Of a stretch of DNA of 64,000 nt, positions 51,066-64,000 are shown one piece after another. The position numbers and the translations under genes were made by a program. The notes under the pieces were generated by a model. That model had not been told where the DNA came from and ran no database searches. It was given only the letters and a program-made list of their open reading frames with translations. Origin of the DNA: Takakia lepidozioides (Eukaryota; Plantae; Bryophyta); assembly GCA_030704615.1 (NCBI GenBank), contig CM060731.1, positions 22,258,001 to 22,322,000 of the forward strand, in the 5' to 3' direction. Position 1 is the first letter of the stretch. The number at the start of each line of letters is the position of its first letter.

Positions 51066-53699
51066 ACACCCCTACCTGAATCGCCCCTAGGATTAACGAG
51101 GCGTTACTAGCCTAGATAGAATATTCTATAGGGGCACCCCCACATAATGGCACCTTGCTAAGGGGCGCAAAAAAGAAGTCCCTTCACAAGGGGCGCCCCT
51201 AACTAACACCTTTGTCTTTTCCTATAGTGAGGCCCATAGCCTTACACAATGCTATTGATTTCCATCCAAACTAAGTTAGATTTTACGAAATGGAATGATG
51301 TTGGACATCTTCATCTAAAACTCATATTAATTATCATTTACTATGTCATGGGCCCACATGGCAATTGGAGCCAAGACTTTAGAGGGGTGAATGGAAAGGT
51401 GTCCATGAAACCACCTTTTCTCATTTTTAAGGGGTGATTCTCTTTTGGGGGCGGTTGGTTGGGGGCGGTTGGGAGTGCCCATGGAACCAGGAACTTAATC
51501 GACCCTCCCTCTCTTCCCGCGCTCCATGTTTGGCTATAGCCAGGCCAAGCGCTTGTTCATATGGCATTCTCTCCTCATTAACGCTTCACCCTCCTCTAGT
51601 CTTGCGCTCACTCTTTGGCTATAGCTTAGCCAAATGAGCTCACCACACCTCTACAATGGCCTCTTTCCATTCTAGAACTTTTGTAGCCAACTTTTTACAT
51701 GCATTTCATGTGGGCTCCATATGCAATTGTCACATTAATAGGGGATGCAATTGCCATATGGAGCCGCATGCAATAGCCATACTCCTTGAAACAACCTCTT
51801 CGATGTCCGGCCCTGCTTAGGTGATTTTGAAGGACTTGGGTACATATTTGATCAGTTGTTTGGAAACAATTAAAAAACTATACTGAGACATTGTTTTGAT
51901 AGTATCAAATTACAAGGGCCTAATTTTGTGAGCAAACGCTTCAGGATGATTATCTTTCTAAAATCTAAAAAATAAAATTATAACATGTGCGGGTCACACA
52001 AAAGTTATTAGGGCTTGACCAGCAAAGCCTCACGAAACAGACGCAGAACCGTGAACTAGGTGGGTCTTTTGCTGAGGCAATAATACCAGCAAGCAGGCAA
52101 CTTGTCACTTAACGGAGGCACACCAACTGGCGTGGTTATCAGTAGCAGCTTCACTTCCACCATAGCCTAGAAACGCCATGTGCACTCTTCCCCAGGCAGA
52201 GTCGAGGAGGGACTACCAGTCCATCAGACAATCTGATCGTTGGCCAACCAAATTTGACGATATATCGAAGGTGCGATTATCGGGGTCAATAAATGGGCAG
52301 TAGATGTCGTGGGAGAGAGGATGAATTTAAGCGGGGACGAGGCCTTGAAGAGCCTCATGGTGCTGCTAGGGACGCAGTAAGGCAGCCGAAAAAATAGCAC
52401 GCGTCATTTTGAAATTGGCGCCCTTCTTTTTGGCACTGTTAGGCATGCTCTTAGATGACCATACATTCTTCCAATTTAAGTGAGTTCTGTTTTCTGAAGT
52501 AATTGGGATGTTTGCATAATCTTTCATTGTTTTCTTTCATTTGTTTTCATTCAAAGTGTTGATTATTTTTAATAATATGATGTAAATTAAATTTGTTAGC
52601 TCAATTTATCTTTTAGCAAATCTTCTGAAATTAGAGTGAATTTGCATCTCATTTTTCCTTGGAAACCCATTTGGAAACCTAGATACACATGTCATATCAC
52701 GTCACGTCGAGTTAGAACTGACAGTGACACGACCTACATCATGTCTGTTTTTTTATAATAAAAATAAATATATATGAAAGATTTAAAAAAATGTCACATC
52801 AATAACCACATCACATTGACTGACACAATGACATCTTACACCCTAAAAGACGATGCGACCCGTGTCAAGTCGCATTGTTTTTTTACTTAGCTGTAACATG
52901 GGTAGGATGGAATCTGATGGAGGTGGCCCCCGAAGCAAAATTGTAGCTTACATTATCAGCTATTGAATGTACCAAATCCCCTGCCATTTGGATTACTATA
53001 GCGCCGATGAGGATTTTGGACATGAGTGAAAAATGTAGATTTTGTGTGGTATTCAAGTTTTGAGGTTGTTGACTTCGTGACGTGGGGTAATGAGCGCGTG
53101 GGCCAGACACGTGGACAATTCACTCTATGCTACATCCCTTGAGCCAAACTTGGAAATTCCAAGTGTGAATTGGTGCATCTCTTTGTATTCTTATGGCTTC
53201 TATTCACCGTTGAATTTTCTTTTTCCTACAAAATTTATGTTGCTCACTGCATTCCAAGCAAAAGTCTTGTTCTTTTTCCCAACGTAACCCCTAAGCAGTT
53301 ACATACAAAGGGGCATTAATGAAAATAGGTCATTACATGCTGAAATTTGGACACAATGTTCTGCATTTGGTAGGCAACAATTGATCAAAAGTTGGAGGGG
53401 AACCCACAACTAGAACATAGAGAAAATTGGTGGTCAAACCAAGTTTTTCCATGAATTTTTGTATGAGCCTAGAAATTGGGGGGTCACTCCCACATTATTA
53501 TCTGCTCATTCCAACGGTGGAATGACATATGAATTTTTAACCACCTATATGATGTAGTTACTGACAACATTGTACGGTTCATCCGCATGGATGAACTTTG
53601 ACAACACTCTTGTCAGGTCATGTCAGGTTTTTCTAAAAAATCGCCAAAAAAAACTCTCGTCCTTTAGAGGTTAACAACGCCACAATTAATTAAAAAATT

Positions 53700-55103
53700 A
53701 AAAAATAATTGCGACTGCCATATATTCAAAGTTGCATCTAATTAAATTTTAAAAAAATAGATGTGACCGCCTGTATTGGCAGTCGCGTAATGTTTTAAGA
53801 AAAATATGTACGAGCGTTAAAATTTGACAGTCCCACAAAAATTTTAAGAAAAATATGTGCGACCGATGAAATTTGACAGTCGCATGCTATTTCTTTTATT
53901 TGATATATGGGACTGCCAAAATCCGGCAATCATAATTTATTTATTTTTTAGTACGTGTAACTACCACAACTCGGCGGGCAACATATAATTTGTTTTGAAA
54001 AAAATATGTGCGATCTGCAAATTCAGCGGTCACATGTAAATTATTTTTGAAAAATAAGTACGACCGCCAAAAATTCAGAGGTCACTTATAATTTAAGTTT
54101 TCAAAAATTAGTGCGACCGCCAATTCTAGCGATCGCACATATTATTTTTTATTATTTTAAAAAAAACTACATGCTACCGCCAGCCTTGTTGGTCGAACCA
54201 ATTTTTAAAGAAATAGAACTTTTCTTTTCTTTTCCGAAAATGGGTACGATCACCAATTATGGCGGTCGTACCTCTTCATAGAATAAAACATTACATGCAT
54301 CCGCCAATCTTGGCGGTCGTACCAGCTTATGAGAAAAAAATGGTTTTTATTATTGAAAGTGGATGCGACGACCGATTACGGCGGTCGCATCTATTAAGAA
54401 AATAAAAACTTATATGCAACTTCCAGCATTGGCAGTCACACTCACTTTTAGAAAAAATAAAAATAAAAATATTGTTTTCCATATTTTGCTCGACTACCAG
54501 TATCTGTCATAAACACCCAAAAAATCAAATCGGCGAAAGGCCAGCGGACGCTTAAGCGGGTGTCCGAATAGAAGTAGCAGCCTCCATTCTAGGCCAAGTT
54601 GTAAATGGCATGGGCCCCACTTGGGTGCCACATGCCGCAATGTGGGCACATAGCTTTGGAAACTTCTAAAGTCCAGAACGTTCTATAGGGGGTCCCCTAA
54701 AACGTATCCGCCTAGCCGCTTACCATTTTAGCGTGAGCTGGAGAGGGCCAGGTTGTACGAGGAGGACTGTACCAGAGCATATGGGAGGTTGTAACAGAGA
54801 CACGGAGTGTAGTAGAGCCAGAGGCAGGGGACCGTGACCATGGAGGCAATGAAAGCAAAAGCCCTTATTATCCGCGTTGGGGTAGAGGTTGGCTGCAGCA
54901 GGCGGTAGTAGGGCTGGTTCCGTATCAAATTAGTTATCATTTCATTGGTAGTAAGTTCTTGGTGTGCTTGGTGACAAGGCTTGGACACAAAAATGAAAGT
55001 TATTATATTCATTGCAGCAAGTCGTGACAATAGATGGGTATGGCGGTCAAAATTATTTTCTTGAAAAAACATTACCTACGACCGCTAGCCTTGGCAGTCG
55101 CAC

Positions 55104-55138
<35 letters not shown>

Positions 55139-55536
55139 TCCCAATTATGGCAGTCTCACAAATTAAGAAAATAAAAGTACAGGCCACTGCCATAATTGGC
55201 TGTTGCACTTATTTAAGAAAATAAAAAATTATATGCGACAGGCAATTATGGCGATAGTATAAATTTTTAAAAAAAATACATGCGATCACTATAATTGGAC
55301 GTCACACCTATGAAAACATAAAAAATATAAATTATTGCAGCACATCCAAAATATTGGAATTCAAGCAACCACAAATATTTGGCGGCCTCATACAATTAAG
55401 AAAATTTTAATAGTTGTGACTGCCAAATTTCGGCGATCGTAGCTAATTACAAATATAAATTTTTTGAAGCGACTACTAAACTTCAGCCCTCGTAAATAAT
55501 TTTATATTTAAAGATATCATTAAAATGCCTTTAGTG
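53700..55536. repeat. Two arrays of palindromic TGCGACCGCC-N6/7-GGCGGTCGCA units with AT-rich spacers; probable CACTA-type subterminal repeats
   Basis: About 14 units in 53700-54500 and about 9 in 55020-55500, period roughly 50 bp. TAGTG at 55532-55536. Confidence 0.75.
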
Positions 55537-58333
55537 CTAGTTAGATCCACGTGTGCAGCCCATGGTCCACCTCGATATCTAGGATAAAAACATACTAATA
55601 AAAGTTAAATATAAAATAATTTTCAAGAGATAATTTCTATTTTGGACGTGACGCGACGTACGTTTGGACGTGACTTCCGATGTTACGCTTACGTACTAGC
55701 GCCACATCACGTCCATTGTGCAACCCTGTCTGAAAAGACATTTGGAGGAAAGATTAGTCTTCCAATATCAGGGCCTTCATGGAAGACTGTCAATCATATC
55801 ATCAATGTCTTTACAAGTGACCCTCTTTGCCCTATATGAAAAATTTGGAACAATGTCTCTGGCTATTTGTCTGACGCGGCTTGGAGGCTTGTCGTGAAAT
55901 TCTATGCCAAATGGAAGGTAAGGTGGCTATTGAAAAAAACATCGGGGTTATTCTTCTTAATATGCATAGTCAAATCCCTTGGCACTCTATTGCGCTTCAT
56001 TTCGTGCCTAAACTGTCTAGAATAGTTTGTCTAGGCATAGTTTGTCTTCTATGCATGCGGCATGAATTTGCAAAAATATGTTTCCTCTTCTGTGGCACCA
56101 CCTCTCTTTACTCGCTTACATCTTTTCCTTAGTGCACTCTTGCAAGAGCTTCCGTTTATGTATACAAAGCCGTAGGGAGACATTTATTTGGGATGGAGGG
56201 GAATACAAAGTTTTTAAAAAGTGTACTTGTTCCATTCGAGGCAGGATCCTTGTTTGGCACATCCCCAACTAGAACACAACCCCGGGCTATTAATCATGGG
56301 TCACCATAGCTGGTTGATATTTATGATTTTACCTATAAATAAGTTGTCATAACCATGGTACTTTTGTATGTAAGACTTTGTAGACAATATTATATTGTTT
56401 TTTGATGCATGTCTCATCCCAATATCTGACGTGTGTTTTTGTTTTTTTCTTCTATAAGACACTACTTTTTGACATCGGAAGGAGGGTCATTTCTTCTGGA
56501 TTTTTAGGATTTTTCCTAGTTCCCCGTGATAATTCCATCTTACCTTTCCACATGAGCTACACTGACCTCTCGATAATCCTATCAACTATTTCTTCTAGAA
56601 CCTTTGCTAGATATGCACATATGGAGGCTACAGTGTGTTTGGACGATATAGTCAGTGTTTCTAACTAACGATAGTGTGACGGATAGCTTCTCTTGAATAA
56701 TGTGCATTCACTTCGTTTTGAGACCGGCCTCATGTATTCCTCATTTCAGACTTCAATTTCTTTTGTTTGTCCACAACACTTTTTAAGGTTCCTGTGTGGA
56801 TGGCAATATTCAAATTATTATGTTCAAGTATGTTAAACATCGCATTATTGAACAACGCATCCATTTCAAGTCACATTAAAATTTTTCCTTGGAGTTGGTT
56901 TAGTTCTTGTCGGTTTGCATGGATAGTTAATCTTCCCGGAAATATGACTGCTTACTAATTGAACCTCCGTATATGTGGGTCTCATATCTGCGGGTATAGG
57001 TCTACAGTTGTCATCTTTCCGTGCCCTGAACCCGAATCCAACACAACTCTATACGACTGAGAATGCTCAAATCTGCTTACATTAGCATGCCCATTTATTA
57101 GCATTCCACAGGTTTGCAGCTTGCTCGCTTAGTGTGCTCTACATGGTTTTAGCATCCACATCTGTGATGCATTTAGGCCTCTCTGAGGTTATATTTCCTT
57201 GGAATATACTTTAGGTCGTCGTCGTTGAAAATTTAAAATAAAATAAAAAATAAAAATATGCATGCAGGTAAAATGGGCTGATCCTTTGTCAATATAGAGA
57301 GATCTATCCAACATTTAACCCAGTGATACCTCACTAGTGTTGTGGGGTTCAAACTACATATTGGATGATATAAAAGATGTGCATTTTCCACCGGAAGTTT
57401 ATATCTAGACTTAAGGGTCAACTGACACCATAATTTACGTTTGCTTTGGCAACAAGTCCACATTTTGTTTTTCAATCCATAATAGAAAAACCCGTAAAAT
57501 GACATCAGTCACATTTTTCTATTTTTTTTTTTTTCCTTGGTTACATTTATCCCATGGTTTTGTTGTAACCAAAGATGTGTTATTTGGGTAAGATACAACA
57601 TAATCAAAATAGTTGTGGCACTCCTCCTCGGGGATGAGCCAATAAAATAATAAAGTATAGAATAGTTAATTGTAATCTAGATTCTTGGACATTCAAATAA
57701 TTTTGAACTTATTAGTATCTTTTAATCATTAAATATTTACTTTCATTGAACAATAGTTTTGTCGTGCACCTAAGCATAGTGCCACAACATACATCGTTGT
57801 CTACCACACAATCTAAGCACACAATCCTAGAAAGCTATACCACCTATCCCCATGTCCCAAGTGAGGCTCGACACCTCACTTGGCATGTGAGACCCAATGA
57901 AGTCCCAACACACAAAATATAAATATAAATATCTAAAATGTCCTAGTTAACTAGAAGTAGGTAATTCTAAATAACCATGACTAAAACCATGACAGCTGTC
58001 GTACACCTAAGCATCGTGCCACAATATACATCGCTATCCACCACACAATCTAAGCACACAATCCTAGAAAGCTATACCACAATCGTCCCCCTAGCTGGTG
58101 ATTAGATCCTTCTAACACCAGATAGCTGACAAGTATCCATCCCAATAATATCATCGCTTGGTCATCAATCGCCCAAGTCCCAGTATCTGAAGTCAATAGA
58201 TCAAGAGGCGCAAAAGTAGCCCCATCGTTACTTGCCTTCCTGCAATCCATGGCTTCAATTGGGTGTCCATGGCATTGAACTCCCGTTAGCTAGACCTTGG
58301 ATCACTTGTCAACCTTGCCACTGTCATGCCCCA

Positions 58334-58486
58334 CTACCTCTGTCCAAAGCATCGTGGACACAACCATTCTCCATTAGGAACCTCCTCAAGTGGCGGTATC
58401 AAGCATCCCATGTGTCACCCCCTTGAGCATTTGTCACACACCAACATGGTCGCGGCACTACCAGCATGTCCACATAACATGCAATG
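58334..58486 (-). other. PHD finger (C4HC3) at the integrase C-terminus
   Basis: CMLC..[32 protein letters not shown]. The internal TGA falls at the conserved aromatic (W) position. Confidence 0.85.
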
Positions 58487-61400
58487 CAACCCTACAAGTA
58501 CCACTGCAAGGTTGGGATCCATCCTCCCATCCACATGTGGAAGGTGACATGACGCACAATTGCGCACATGGTCCTTCCATACCATGCCATCTCGACCCTC
58601 CAGAATCAATACTCCTGAAGGCAACACTTCCCAGACCCTTAGAATCACACGACCTGCTGTGATATCCAAGGTCGTAGGCGTTGTCTGCTGCAGATACACA
58701 AAGTCCTCAGGATGGAAACGCCGAACACCTGGCCGATATCCTCCTCCATGTATAGTGGCGTACCTCAATGTGTCTCGGTGTTGGGCAATAGCAAGATTCT
58801 CAAAAGCCTTAGGCATGACTCTATTGAACAACTCTGTCCGTTGGGCATATGCTTGTGTCCACACATCCGGATCATCAAGGTTGAGGACTACTGCAGTCTC
58901 CCTGTGAATAGATGCAGGCAAATCTGGCTCTCGGCCAAAGAAAAGGAAATAAGGCGAGAACGAGGCAAGTGATGCTTGCTTGTTAAACCTGTAACCCATG
59001 GCCAACCAAGGTAGCTGAAGGTCCCAATCTCCCAAGTGTCCCTTCTGCAAGTCATACTTGCGCAAGCCTCGTTTGACTGTTTGCACAACCTTCTCGGCCA
59101 AGCCATCAGCCTCGGGATGATCCCGAGAAGTAGTGCGGTGATCTATCAAGGCTTGGTCATACAAAGCTTGAAATTCCACCAAGAACTCTCTCCCCTGGTC
59201 AGTGAGTACCTCGGCTGGAGCACCAAATTGGCTAAGCACTCGATCTAAGAATGCATACGCAGCCCCCTCACTTGCCTTGTCAGGCAATGCCACCAGTTCA
59301 ATCCATTTGAAGAAATGTTCTACCATCACCAGCACATACTTGTTATGGCGAATTGTTAGTTGCAATGGGCCTACGAAGTCAAGACTCCAACGATAGCCCA
59401 AACCCATAATGGGTAAATGATGCAATTGTGGAGTAGGTGCATTGAAAGAAGCCTGCACTCTATCACACAACATGCACCTTGCCACTAACTGTTGCACATC
59501 CGTGTGCGTGCCCCACCACCAATATTATCCTTGCAGCAAACTATAAGTGCGCCGCACCCCAAAATATCCCAACTCCTCATGGGCATGGCATACCAATCGC
59601 GCTCGTTGTGTTAGATGAGGCACAATCCTCACTCGTCCATCCTCCCATACTCGGAGTAGGTGAGTCCCCTCCCACTTGAATCTCTTGGCTCGTTGTAGGA
59701 TCCGATCTCTCTCATTAGCAGTCACACTGGCTGCTATCTCTCTAGTACCAAGGTAGGCCAACACTGCTGCATCTTCATGCATATCCTTAGCACCACCAAG
59801 CTCCTCATTGATCTCTGGATCGTCATGCACACTATCTCCATGACCAATCACATGGGATGGACCAGCTTGAGCTCCCATTGCTAGAATGCACAAAAAGGCA
59901 GATGCATGTCATCCTGGCACCATCTCCTCATCTGTCTCATCATGCCACCGAGCTCCAGTATCATCATGTTCGCTCGTGCATGGATTACGATTCAACCCAT
60001 CTGCATCCCGATTGACTACACCGGCTCGATGTACCACCTAGAAGTTGTACTCTTGAAGCATAAGTGCCCACCGTGCAAGCTTCCCTGTAAGCTTGTCTGA
60101 CTCCATCAACCACTTCAATGGTTGGTGATCCGTGACAAGGGTGAAGAGATTGTCATAGAGGTAGCATCTAAAATGTGTCACTGCCCATACTGCAGCTAGA
60201 CACTCCCCTTCATAGGAATTATATTTCGCCTCGGCATCATTGTTCGAGTGGCTAGCATATGCCACTACGAACTCTCTTCCATCATATTCCACCTGTGTGA
60301 GCACTGCTCCAATCCCCAGCATACTCCAATCCATATGTAGCTAGAAAGACCGCCCCCAAATAGGCCGCATCAGAATAGGCGCAGAAGTCAATCGAGCCTT
60401 GAGTTCCTCAAAGGCTTTCTCCTGCTCCTTCTCCCACTGTCACTCCTGATCCACATTGGTCAACTTGGCAAGAGCCTTTGCAATGCTGCTAAATCCCTTG
60501 ACAAACCGTCGATAGTAGTTTGCCAACCCCATGAAAGCACGAACTCTGCTAACATCGATGGGGCGTGGAATGCGTGCAATGGCCTCCACCTTCGTCTTTT
60601 GAACACCCAATCCTCCAGGGTATATCATGTGGCCTAGATACTCAATCTGGTTATGGAAAAACTTGCACTTCCCAGGGTGCAATTTCAACCCATGCGCTCT
60701 CAAGCGCTCAAACACCATCTGAAGGTGTCTCTCGTGCTACTCAATCGTAGCACTAAAGATGATGATGTCATCAATGTAGCACCGAACGAAGTCTAGCCCC
60801 GCAAGAATCCTATCCATGACCCTCTGAAACTCTGCAGGAGCAATCTTCAACCCAAACAGTAGGAACCGCCATTGGTACAAGCAATCCTTCCCATGTTGGT
60901 CAATCCCCCAGAATATCGTCTTTTGCTTGTCAACCTCTTTGATTAGCAACTGGTGGTAACCGGATTACAAGTCCAATGTGCTAAACACATTTGCATGCCC
61001 AATGGCATCAAAGTTCTCCTCAGGAGTTGACATGGTATATCTATCGGACTTAGTCTGACGGTTCACAGGACGGTAGTCCCCACATATGCTCCTTTCTGTC
61101 CAATCGCCATAGATATCTTTCTTAGCTGGCATCACAGTTGCCGAGGCGTACTCCCCGCCTGACAACTCCACCAATCCAGATTCAAACAACTTCATAGTCT
61201 GTGACTGGATCAAAGACCTCTCCATATCACTATACTTGTAGGGCCTTCGAAAAATTGGCACGTCACTTGCCAAATCAATACGAATCTCCTGGCCCTTCAA
61301 ACTCCCCAAATCCTTCAAGCCGAAGGCAAAGCAATTTCTATAAGCCCTTATAAATCGCTAGATCCTCCGCCTCTCTCCTCCGGTGACTGTAGGTCCAACA

Positions 61401-61865
61401 TCTGATTCCCAGTTGTCTTCAGTGACTGCAACCTTGGGTACACCAGGTTTGGAAATAGGAGACGCATCCTTTGGTTGCTAGATAGCAACCTCTTGGGCTT
61501 TATCCGCCCACCCTGACCGTGGCGTAGCCTCCACTTGCTCCGCCATAGCCACCTTGAGAACATCCTCTGGGGGAAGAAACATTCTCAACCTCTTCAAAAA
61601 CATTGGTCACCTTGGCCTCCAACTGATCCTCAGTGTATGGCTCTCCCCACTCCTCATACTATTGCTTGAGAGATCCAATGAGACTCTCTTTGTGCACCTC
61701 ATCCCACATTTGCCATGGGTGTTTGTACCCCATGATCCTATGCTCGCCCCCACTCACTGCCTCCACCGTCCCGGTTGGCAGAGATGGTGTAATATCCAAT
61801 GGAAGTACAGAAGTAGCCACCAATGCTTGCAATCTCCGTTGCTCAGCCATGCACAAGCCAATGAC

Positions 61866-62835
61866 TCATGTCAAACAATCGAGATCCATGGCCTGCCCCA
61901 ACACCTGACGTCGTGATGCCTCTGACAGAGCTGGAAGAGTACTGCCTGTAGAAAATCCCATTGCCCGTTCTCGCTCATCCACATTGGGCTCCACTAATTG
62001 CTGTAGCACACCGTCCCAAATCAACCCAGGACCATTGTCTCGAAAAACATGAGACGAGGGAAAGCTTATGAGCGTAGGCAAGGCTGCATGTGGTTGCCCC
62101 ACTCGATTTACTACTGCTAGAGGTGGACGGTCATCATGTTGCACCCTCTGTGGTTGCCTCCCTTGGTCCAAAATGCCCTCAACTATGAGATTGGGTGGCC
62201 GTTGAATGGAATCGTATGCTCTCTTGAGCAGCTCTGGTGGTGCAAGATTGGTCCACCACAATCGAGGTTAATGCGCTCGTGATCCCACCGCTGCTGCATC
62301 CAATAGCACCGCCGATCCAATCCAAAACCGCACCTGATGCTTACTGGCTATAACCCTGGCCCGAGAGTCCCCTATAAGAGGAACATTCTCCAAGATATAG
62401 GCTAGCACTTGCTTCGTCTACAAATCACGCAACACTTTCAACATCTCCCAAAACAAATGCAATCGCGCATCATGCAAGCCATTCCCATGACCTATGGGAT
62501 AGTGTCCTTGACAAGACCATCCAGCTATCACCAAGTCAATGGCACCATGCTGGTCCAAATCATCCGCCCCCAGCAAGGTAATGTCTGCTAGCCAAGCCTT
62601 TTTGATACCCTTGAATTGCTCAGAGAGGCAACAACTCAGGATACCGGTGTGTGAGCAAGACGATGTGGCACATAGAAATACACCGAGCTATCTCATCCTT
62701 CTCCACATACAAGTACTTGCGTACTTTAAACCCTGCTTGCAACACTCTTGCAAGCCCAGTGCTCATGCCTTCAAACATGTCTAGCAAACAAATCCTCGAG
62801 TCAAGTGGTTGCCAGATAATGAGCATTGTGTCCAA
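61866..62835 (-). pseudogene. DNMT3-like C5 cytosine methyltransferase domain within gypsy Pol
   Basis: Motif I LLDMFEGMSTG, II YVEKD, III DIT, IV DLVIAGWSCQG (~62504-62537), VI YILENV (~62382-62399), VIII SRAH*PRLWWTN, IX ERERAMGF, X RRQVLGQAMD, all in canonical order. Stops and a frameshift are present. Confidence 0.88.
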
Positions 62836-63456
62836 AATGGAGGTGAGAGAGGCTCATGGAGGCTCAACTACAAGAAGATGAGCCTCCTCCATCCTCACAA
62901 AGGGAAAACCTATCCCCATGTCCCAAGTGAGGCTCAACACCTCATTTGGCATGTGAGACCCAATGAAGTCCCAACACACAAAATATAAATATAACTATCT
63001 AAAATGTCCTAGTTAACTAGAAGTAGGTAATTCTAGATAACCATGACTAAAACCCTGATAGTTTGGAAGGGAAAACATTCAATGTATATATAGAGGATTT
63101 AAGAAAGGCTATAACAAGAAAACACATATCATAGTGAGAGACAAATAAATAAATAAATAAAGGCCCAAATCACAAAAAACAACTTATTGGTAATAACTAG
63201 TCATCTTACTAGTAAGTCCAACTAGGAGAAGTTCACCAAGTTATAGCTGCATTTTTTTTTCTTTCAAACCCTAAACATATCCTCTCATTCCCATACATGC
63301 TCCAAGCAAGCTAAAAAACAGCTCTAATATAGGATACACAACCACAAGAACATGAACAACGTTTTTTTTTTTGCGAATTTTTGCCAAAATGCTCCATTTG
63401 TTTTGGCTCCTACCTCACTTTAGTCTTAGAGGAAATGAAGGCATTTTTTTTCTAGG

Positions 63457-63790
63457 CACTACAGGAAAAAAAGGGGGGGTTTCCGACGCCGGGGCCACGT
63501 CGCGGCGTCGTAAAACAGCCCTTTTCGGGCGGGGTGGGAAAGAACCAAATTTGCGTCGTCCAGGCGTCGCAAGCCCGTCGCCAAAAAAACGTTGCAAATT
63601 TGCGACCAATGGGGGTCACAAATGGGATCGTGATTTGCAACGCCCGGGCATCGCAGGGGATAAATAAATTTTATAAATAATAATTAAAAAAAAAACCTAC
63701 TCTGCATTGTAGAATTAGCACTGTCCGGGGGTCGCAAAGTGCGACGCCCGGACGTCGCAATTTAAGGGGGTACATTTGAGTTTGGGCGGA
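63457..63790 (+). mobile_element. CACTA (En/Spm) terminus with palindromic subterminal repeats
   Basis: CACTACAGGAAAA followed by repeated TGCGACGCCCGGGCGTCGCA-like palindromes. Confidence 0.75.
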
Positions 63791-64000
63791 AAAATTTAAA
63801 TTTAAACTTGTTGACCATTGACTCCGGTTCTATCTAATGGCGATATGTTCATTATTCTACATATATCATGCAATGCATACTTGAACCTAAGACCTCCACG
63901 TTATAACATTTCTAAGACACTGCAGATTAACCAACATACCTACGTCTCATCTATGTATCACCAAAACAATCTTATATATATACATATGAAGATTTCCTTC

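Larger units (their letters stand above)
57760..63060 (-). mobile_element. Degenerate Ty3/gypsy LTR retrotransposon: C5-DNMT - RT - RNaseH - integrase - PHD; gag and protease missing
   Basis: RT (DYRPVN, LDL*SGYHQ, YIDD), RNaseH (YEGECLAAVWAV, TDHQPLKWL), integrase (HHCC, SLDFVGP, LTDQG). Terminal repeats at 57844-57994 and 62910-63060 (6 differences in 151 bp). PPT-like AGGGGGACGA at 58083-58092. GTTT flanks both ends. Confidence 0.92.

Noticed and set aside
53700-55500. True CRISPR array
   Set aside because: Repeats are degenerate, spacers are low-complexity AT tracts, there are no cas genes, and the context is eukaryotic TE sequence.
56100-57200. Possible transposase remnant
   Set aside because: All frames I read are stop-ridden and I recognised no motif.

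Overview
Nuclear genomic DNA from a land plant, most likely seed-free (bryophyte, lycophyte or fern). This is inferred from the PLS-DYW PPR genes, an unedited plastid insert and the TE families. The left two-thirds is gene-dense: a decayed glutamine-dependent NAD+ synthetase, phospholipase A1, VPS2 (ESCRT-III) with a co-oriented tRNA-Leu(CAG), an intact PLS-DYW editing factor with an inverted pseudogene paralog, SYP5 syntaxin, ATP11 and a DUF688-type protein. It is sprinkled with about 10 fragments of one LINE family that repeatedly inserts at AG/CT-rich targets. The right third is mostly decayed TE sequence: a Replitron-like HUH relic, CACTA-type palindromic repeat arrays and a degenerate Ty3/gypsy element. 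The most striking signal is transposon-borne DNA methylation machinery. (1) The gypsy Pol carries a DNMT3-like C5 cytosine methyltransferase upstream of RT and a PHD finger after integrase, inside an unusual split-repeat terminal structure. (2) An intron-containing, bacterial-type N4/N6 amino-methyltransferase-like relic lies next to a GATC-dense repeat tract. All calls come from manual translation and motif recognition; no database searches were run.
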